Assembly: GCA_036337435.1 (NCBI GenBank)
Contig: JAYZEG010000077.1
Location: forward strand, 1-22,444
DNA from: Myxococcota bacterium
GTDB taxonomy: Bacteria; Myxococcota_A; Bradymonadia; UBA7976; UBA1532
DNA: 22,444 nt
Direction: 5' to 3'
Position 1 is the first letter of the stretch. Each line of letters starts with the position of its first letter. Positions 18,611 through 22,444 of this stretch are shown here, piece by piece. Both the position numbers and the translations under genes were made by a program. The notes under the pieces were generated by a model. It worked only from the letters and a program-made list of their open reading frames with translations. It had not been told where the DNA came from and made no database searches.

Positions 18611-18755
18611 TATTTTTTGATTTTTTTTTGTACGGCACCCTGATGGGGGGCATCAAAAAACGATAAAACCTTATTTAAAACATAGGGATAAGCCGGATTT
18701 AATTTTTTGGCAATGGGTCTTCAACTGACACGATAAATTAGACACATAACTCACA

Positions 18756-19733
18756 TTAACGATCGCACTGAACCTGAACGTCCATGACATAGCTATTGTT
18801 GCCATTCCGTCCTGGAGGTGCCCATGGATAAACGTTGAAACGAATCTCGACATCGTTGCCATCGTTGACCCACCTAAATCTCTCACCACCACTGCAGAGT
18901 GAGGTCGATTGGCCCAGACGCCCCTCACGAGGATGCCAAACGTCTAATTCTAGGTCGACGCCTGTAAAAGGATGGCGGATCTCAATTGTTATCGTTCCCC
19001 CAGCGCACACTGATGTTCGATACCAATCGGCAAAATCGATGCCACCGACGGTCAATCCCTGATAACGCCCTGGCATGAGCGCCATCGCTCCATTCTGATC
19101 TTGGCCACCCAAATCGCGCTGCTCGCGAGGGATGACCCGGTTATAATCGCAGCGGCCCGGACCAAATTCGGGCTCCAAAGCAACATCCATTGGTTCAGGC
19201 ACCCCAATATCAACAGGGTCAGGCACAGCCAAATCGAGACGACCTTCATCGATGTCCTCTGCGTCGGTGACGCTCGCATCGACAATCGGTGCGCTGGCAT
19301 CTTCAGCCTGTCCAAAGTCCTGTTCATCGCCCATGAATGCGTCTACGACATCTTGATCAGGTTGAGGGCGCATACCATCAGCGAAGCCACTCGCATCATC
19401 AGCCGGCGACGTCATGTCGAAGCCCATATGAGCGTCGGACTCTATCATGCCGATGTCCATCATGAGAGACCCCGTATCTCGCTCTTCTTGAGTCGTCATA
19501 TCGGCGGACACCGCCGCGGCGTCTGTCACCGCCAGCATATCGGGCGCGATCATCGCATCGCGAGCGGTCACGCAATCATAGCGACCCCCTCCAATTGCGA
19601 TACAGCGATATCCGTCTGCGCAGGCATATTCAGCCCGTCGGCAGTCGTTATTGCCTGGCGATGTTGCAGAGTCATCGCACCCCCAGTTCAGGATGGTAGC
19701 AAGCGTTATTACAGTAAAGCATGCGCGCGACAT
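18756..19733 (-). CDS. Lipoprotein: 4-Cys mini-domain, acidic Asp/Met-rich linker and C-terminal PPC-like beta-sandwich
   Basis: GGGGGA RBS before ATG 19733; lipobox NWG|C; CRRAEYACADGYRCIAIGGGRYDC; PPC-like DWYR...VDLELDVW...ERFRW...FNVYPW...NSYVMDV. Confidence 0.75.
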   Translation of the reverse strand: MSRACFTVITLATILNWGCDDSATSPGNNDCRRAEYACADGYRCIAIGGGRYDCVTARDAMIAPDMLAVTDAAAVSADMTTQEERDTGSLMMDIGMIESDAHMGFDMTSPADDASGFADGMRPQPDQDVVDAFMGDEQDFGQAEDASAPIVDASVTDAEDIDEGRLDLAVPDPVDIGVPEPMDVALEPEFGPGRCDYNRVIPREQRDLGGQDQNGAMALMPGRYQGLTVGGIDFADWYRTSVCAGGTITIEIRHPFTGVDLELDVWHPREGRLGQSTSLCSGGERFRWVNDGNDVEIRFNVYPWAPPGRNGNNSYVMDVQVQCDR

Positions 19734-19839
19734 GGTTCCCCCCGACGATAAGCACCTCAATGCTAAGGAGTATGACCTAGTTCAAATATTGATTCACTAC
19801 AAAGCGACATTTTGGACGAGAACTGGCAGACTGGTCTCT

Positions 19840-20514
19840 ATGAACTCACGAAACGATAAACTGATCGTCGTTGACCCTGCGATGCATACCGCTGAGACCG
19901 AGTGTTATGACCATATTCGCAGCTTGATCAAGTGCGAGATGACCTATGTTCTGCCCGCGCTTAGGCCAAGTACCAAATACCCAGAAATCGACGTCAACAC
20001 TCTCGCGGTCATCGTACTCGGCAGTGGGGCATCGGTCCATGATGGCTATCCATGGCAGAGAGGCTTACATCGATGGCTCCGCTCAGTTTGTCTCGCCGAT
20101 ATTCCTGTATTAGGCATTTGCTATGGCCACCAGGCAATCGCTCACATCTTTGGAGGCTCTGTCGAACTGCTTTGGGCGGGGCATAAAGAAAAAGGCGTCC
20201 GGCTCATGGAGCTGGCTTGTCGAAAACTGCCAATTAAATTGCGTAATGGTCCTGTCATTGTCTCGCACAGAGAGGGTGTGACGAAGATGCCGGAGGACTT
20301 CGATATCGTGGCCTCCAGCGAGGCCTGCAACGTCGACGGCATCAAACACAGGAATAAACCGGTATGGGGTTTTCAACCGCATATTGAGGCAGTCCAAGGC
20401 TTCCTGGACAACAATCGGATTGACACGCCCAAGCAAGACGACCAATTTGTCTTTGGGCACGCAATTTTGAAAGCATTTCTCCACTACGCTCACGCACACA
20501 AGCAAGTCGAATAG
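19840..20514 (+). CDS. Class I glutamine amidotransferase-like protein (stand-alone, GMP-synthase GATase-like)
   Basis: Nucleophile elbow LGICYGHQ, VLGSGASV, SHREGV and GFQPHIE (His-x-Glu). Start set at ATG 19840 to avoid overlap with the divergent gene. Confidence 0.88.
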   Translation: MNSRNDKLIVVDPAMHTAETECYDHIRSLIKCEMTYVLPALRPSTKYPEIDVNTLAVIVLGSGASVHDGYPWQRGLHRWLRSVCLADIPVLGICYGHQAIAHIFGGSVELLWAGHKEKGVRLMELACRKLPIKLRNGPVIVSHREGVTKMPEDFDIVASSEACNVDGIKHRNKPVWGFQPHIEAVQGFLDNNRIDTPKQDDQFVFGHAILKAFLHYAHAHKQVE

Positions 20515-20542
20515 ACCCTTGTTCGAAACTGAGGTTAAGCGA

Positions 20543-20956
20543 ATGAATTCCAAGAAAAAGAACATCGTATTTTTGTGTGTCGCCAATTCAGCACGAAGTC
20601 AGATGGCAGAAGCCATCGCAAGGCAGCTTGCTCCGGCCCATGTCACTGTGTTCAGTGCTGGTTCGATACCCAGCCGAGTTCATCCACTTGCTAAACTGGC
20701 TCTAGACGAGGCGAACTATAGCCATGAAGGTCAATTCTCGAAGGGCTTTGACGACATACCGTTAAGTGAGATGGACCACGTCATTACCCTGTGCAAAGAA
20801 GAGCAGTGCCCTGTCTTTCCTGGTGCCATGGAGAGGCATCATTGGCCATTACCAGACCCAGCAGCAGCCGGGCTTCCTCATGAGCTGGACGGGTTTCGCC
20901 GGGTCCGCGATACGTTGACGACAAAAATCGGTCATTTTTTCCAAAACGGACTGTAG
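20543..20956 (+). CDS. arsC: Arsenate reductase, thioredoxin-coupled / LMW-PTP family
   Basis: P-loop FLCVANSARSQMAEA, SAGS, ITLC...CPVFPG (redox Cys pair), HWPLPDPA, FRRVRD; GAGG RBS before ATG 20543. Confidence 0.85.
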   Translation: MNSKKKNIVFLCVANSARSQMAEAIARQLAPAHVTVFSAGSIPSRVHPLAKLALDEANYSHEGQFSKGFDDIPLSEMDHVITLCKEEQCPVFPGAMERHHWPLPDPAAAGLPHELDGFRRVRDTLTTKIGHFFQNGL

Positions 20957-20967
20957 GAGAAATCTCC

Positions 20968-22248
20968 GTGTCCGAACCACTCAACCCAAACGTGTTGGGC
21001 CTCCAGCCATCGGCGACGTTGGCCATCAATGAGAGCAGCAAGGCACAAATTAGATCAGGGCGACGGGTCTTTAAATTGGGATTGGGCCAGTCACCATTCC
21101 CCGTGCCGGACTGCGTTGAGCAAGCACTGAAAGACCATGCTGGCAAAAAAGATTACCTCTCGGTCCAGGGATACGACCCCCTGCGAGACGCAATCAGCTG
21201 TTGGCACAACCGACGGCAAGCCCGGAAAACGAAGGGTCAGGACGTTGTCATTGGCCCCGGTTCGAAGGAACTGATTTTTCTCATTCAGCTGGTGAGTGGT
21301 AGACAGCTGACCCTACCAAACCCGTCCTGGGTTTCATACGCACCCCAGGCCGTCATCCTCGGCCGAAAAACAGACTGGATCGAAACAGACTTCAACTCTG
21401 GTTGGCGCATCGACCCATCTCGACTCGATGCCGTGTGTGCTGCCGGGTCTGAGATACCTCGTCTTTTAATACTCAATTATCCGAATAACCCGTCAGGTTT
21501 GACCTATTCAGCCGATGAATTAAACGCCATCGCGACAGTCGCGAGACGGCACAATGTTGTCATCATTTCGGACGAGATTTACGCTGAATTGGCTTACGCG
21601 GGAAAGCATATCAGCATATCGGACTATTACCCGGAGGGCACCATTGTTTGTTCTGGGTTGAGCAAATGGTGTGGTGCAGGCGGCTGGAGACTTGGATATG
21701 CTGTCATTCCCGAGGCGTTACACTCGATCCGCGATGCGCTTTGTGTCGTTGCAAGCGAGACGTTTACATCGGTCAGCGCACCAATTCAGTACGCTGGGCT
21801 AGCCGCGTTTGATGACAACATCGAACTTACTCACTATGTATCCAGATCAAGACGTTTGCTGCAGTCACTGAGTCAATGGCTGACTCATCGTTTGGTCTCT
21901 CAAAATGTATCCATGCACGCCCCGGAGGGCGGATTTTATGCCTTTCCAGATTTTGGTTTCTATGAGGATGCGTTTTTGGCTCGAGGGATCTCGACAAGCG
22001 CAGAATTGGCCAAACAAATTCTGGACGATACTGGTGTCGCTTTCTTACCGGGATCATGCTTTGGTCGCCCGGAAACCGAATGGACTACGCGGCTTTCATT
22101 CGTCGATTTTGACGGAGCGAACGCACTGAATGAGATGGCCAACTTGACGATGTCAAATACACTCAGCATCGACCACCTATACCGACTGTGCGAACCAACC
22201 TGTCAAGCGATCGATGCCCTCGTCCATTGGTTAAGCGAGCTGTCATGA
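20968..22248 (+). CDS. PLP-dependent aminotransferase class I/II (aspartate aminotransferase-like)
   Basis: AGGAG RBS with GTG start; SATLAINE, GLGQSPFP, NYPNNPSG, ISDEIY, GLSKWCGAGGWRLGY (PLP Lys). Confidence 0.93.
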   Translation: MSEPLNPNVLGLQPSATLAINESSKAQIRSGRRVFKLGLGQSPFPVPDCVEQALKDHAGKKDYLSVQGYDPLRDAISCWHNRRQARKTKGQDVVIGPGSKELIFLIQLVSGRQLTLPNPSWVSYAPQAVILGRKTDWIETDFNSGWRIDPSRLDAVCAAGSEIPRLLILNYPNNPSGLTYSADELNAIATVARRHNVVIISDEIYAELAYAGKHISISDYYPEGTIVCSGLSKWCGAGGWRLGYAVIPEALHSIRDALCVVASETFTSVSAPIQYAGLAAFDDNIELTHYVSRSRRLLQSLSQWLTHRLVSQNVSMHAPEGGFYAFPDFGFYEDAFLARGISTSAELAKQILDDTGVAFLPGSCFGRPETEWTTRLSFVDFDGANALNEMANLTMSNTLSIDHLYRLCEPTCQAIDALVHWLSELS

Positions 22249-22296
22249 CCATCGACTCCCCCACCCAATACATCTGCATCGTGTCGAGGGCCAGAT

Positions 22297-22444
22297 ATGG
22301 CTAATTCATTCGCAGACATGGGCAAACTCCTTCGGCACAATAGGCATTTCCGAAGAATATGGTTCGCACACATCATCTCTCTCCTCGGTGATTGGTTAAG
22401 TTACATCGCTGTATCCCTGATCACCATCCAACGGGACGAAAGTG
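22297..22444 (+). CDS. MFS transporter, N-terminus only (truncated by the window end; not in the ORF track)
   Basis: My translation: MANSFADMGKLLRHNRHFRRIWFAHIISLLGDWLSYIAVSLITIQRDES. This matches the NRxFRRxW...SLLGDW start typical of MFS exporters. GAGGG RBS upstream. Confidence 0.75.
   Translation, partial: MANSFADMGKLLRHNRHFRRIWFAHIISLLGDWLSYIAVSLITIQRDES

Noticed and set aside
19101..19751. 216-aa plus-strand ORF rich in His/Ile/Arg
   Set aside because: Antisense shadow of the Asp/Met-rich lipoprotein codons; no motifs.
19651..19839. Long N-terminal extension of the GATase
   Set aside because: It overlaps the divergent lipoprotein gene and the shared promoter region. The GATase fold begins at MNSRNDKLIVVD.

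Overview
Bacterial window of roughly 50-55% GC (estimated by eye). The gene style, with many acidic lipoproteins, Cys-rich and Asp/Met-rich linkers and a large lipoprotein metzincin, suggests a diderm Myxococcota/Bradymonadia-like organism; this is an inference. In order: (1) an SGNH-like protein + MBOAT O-acyltransferase pair; (2) a tight three-gene envelope operon of an 802-aa unknown lipoprotein, a 1050-aa lipoprotein Zn-metzincin and a putative outer-membrane beta-barrel; (3) TetR + tripartite RND efflux (OMF-MFP-permease) with a clear palindromic operator; (4) on the minus strand, a GSCFA-TPR protein, a tandem helix-hairpin-helix lipoprotein preceded by a highly structured ~115-nt leader, and a Cys-rich/PPC-domain lipoprotein; (5) class I GATase, ArsC-type reductase, PLP aminotransferase and the start of an MFS transporter. 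I saw no rRNA, tRNA, CRISPR array or mobile element. The best candidates for something new are the lipoprotein-metzincin-barrel operon and the multi-stem RNA leader at 18453-18567.
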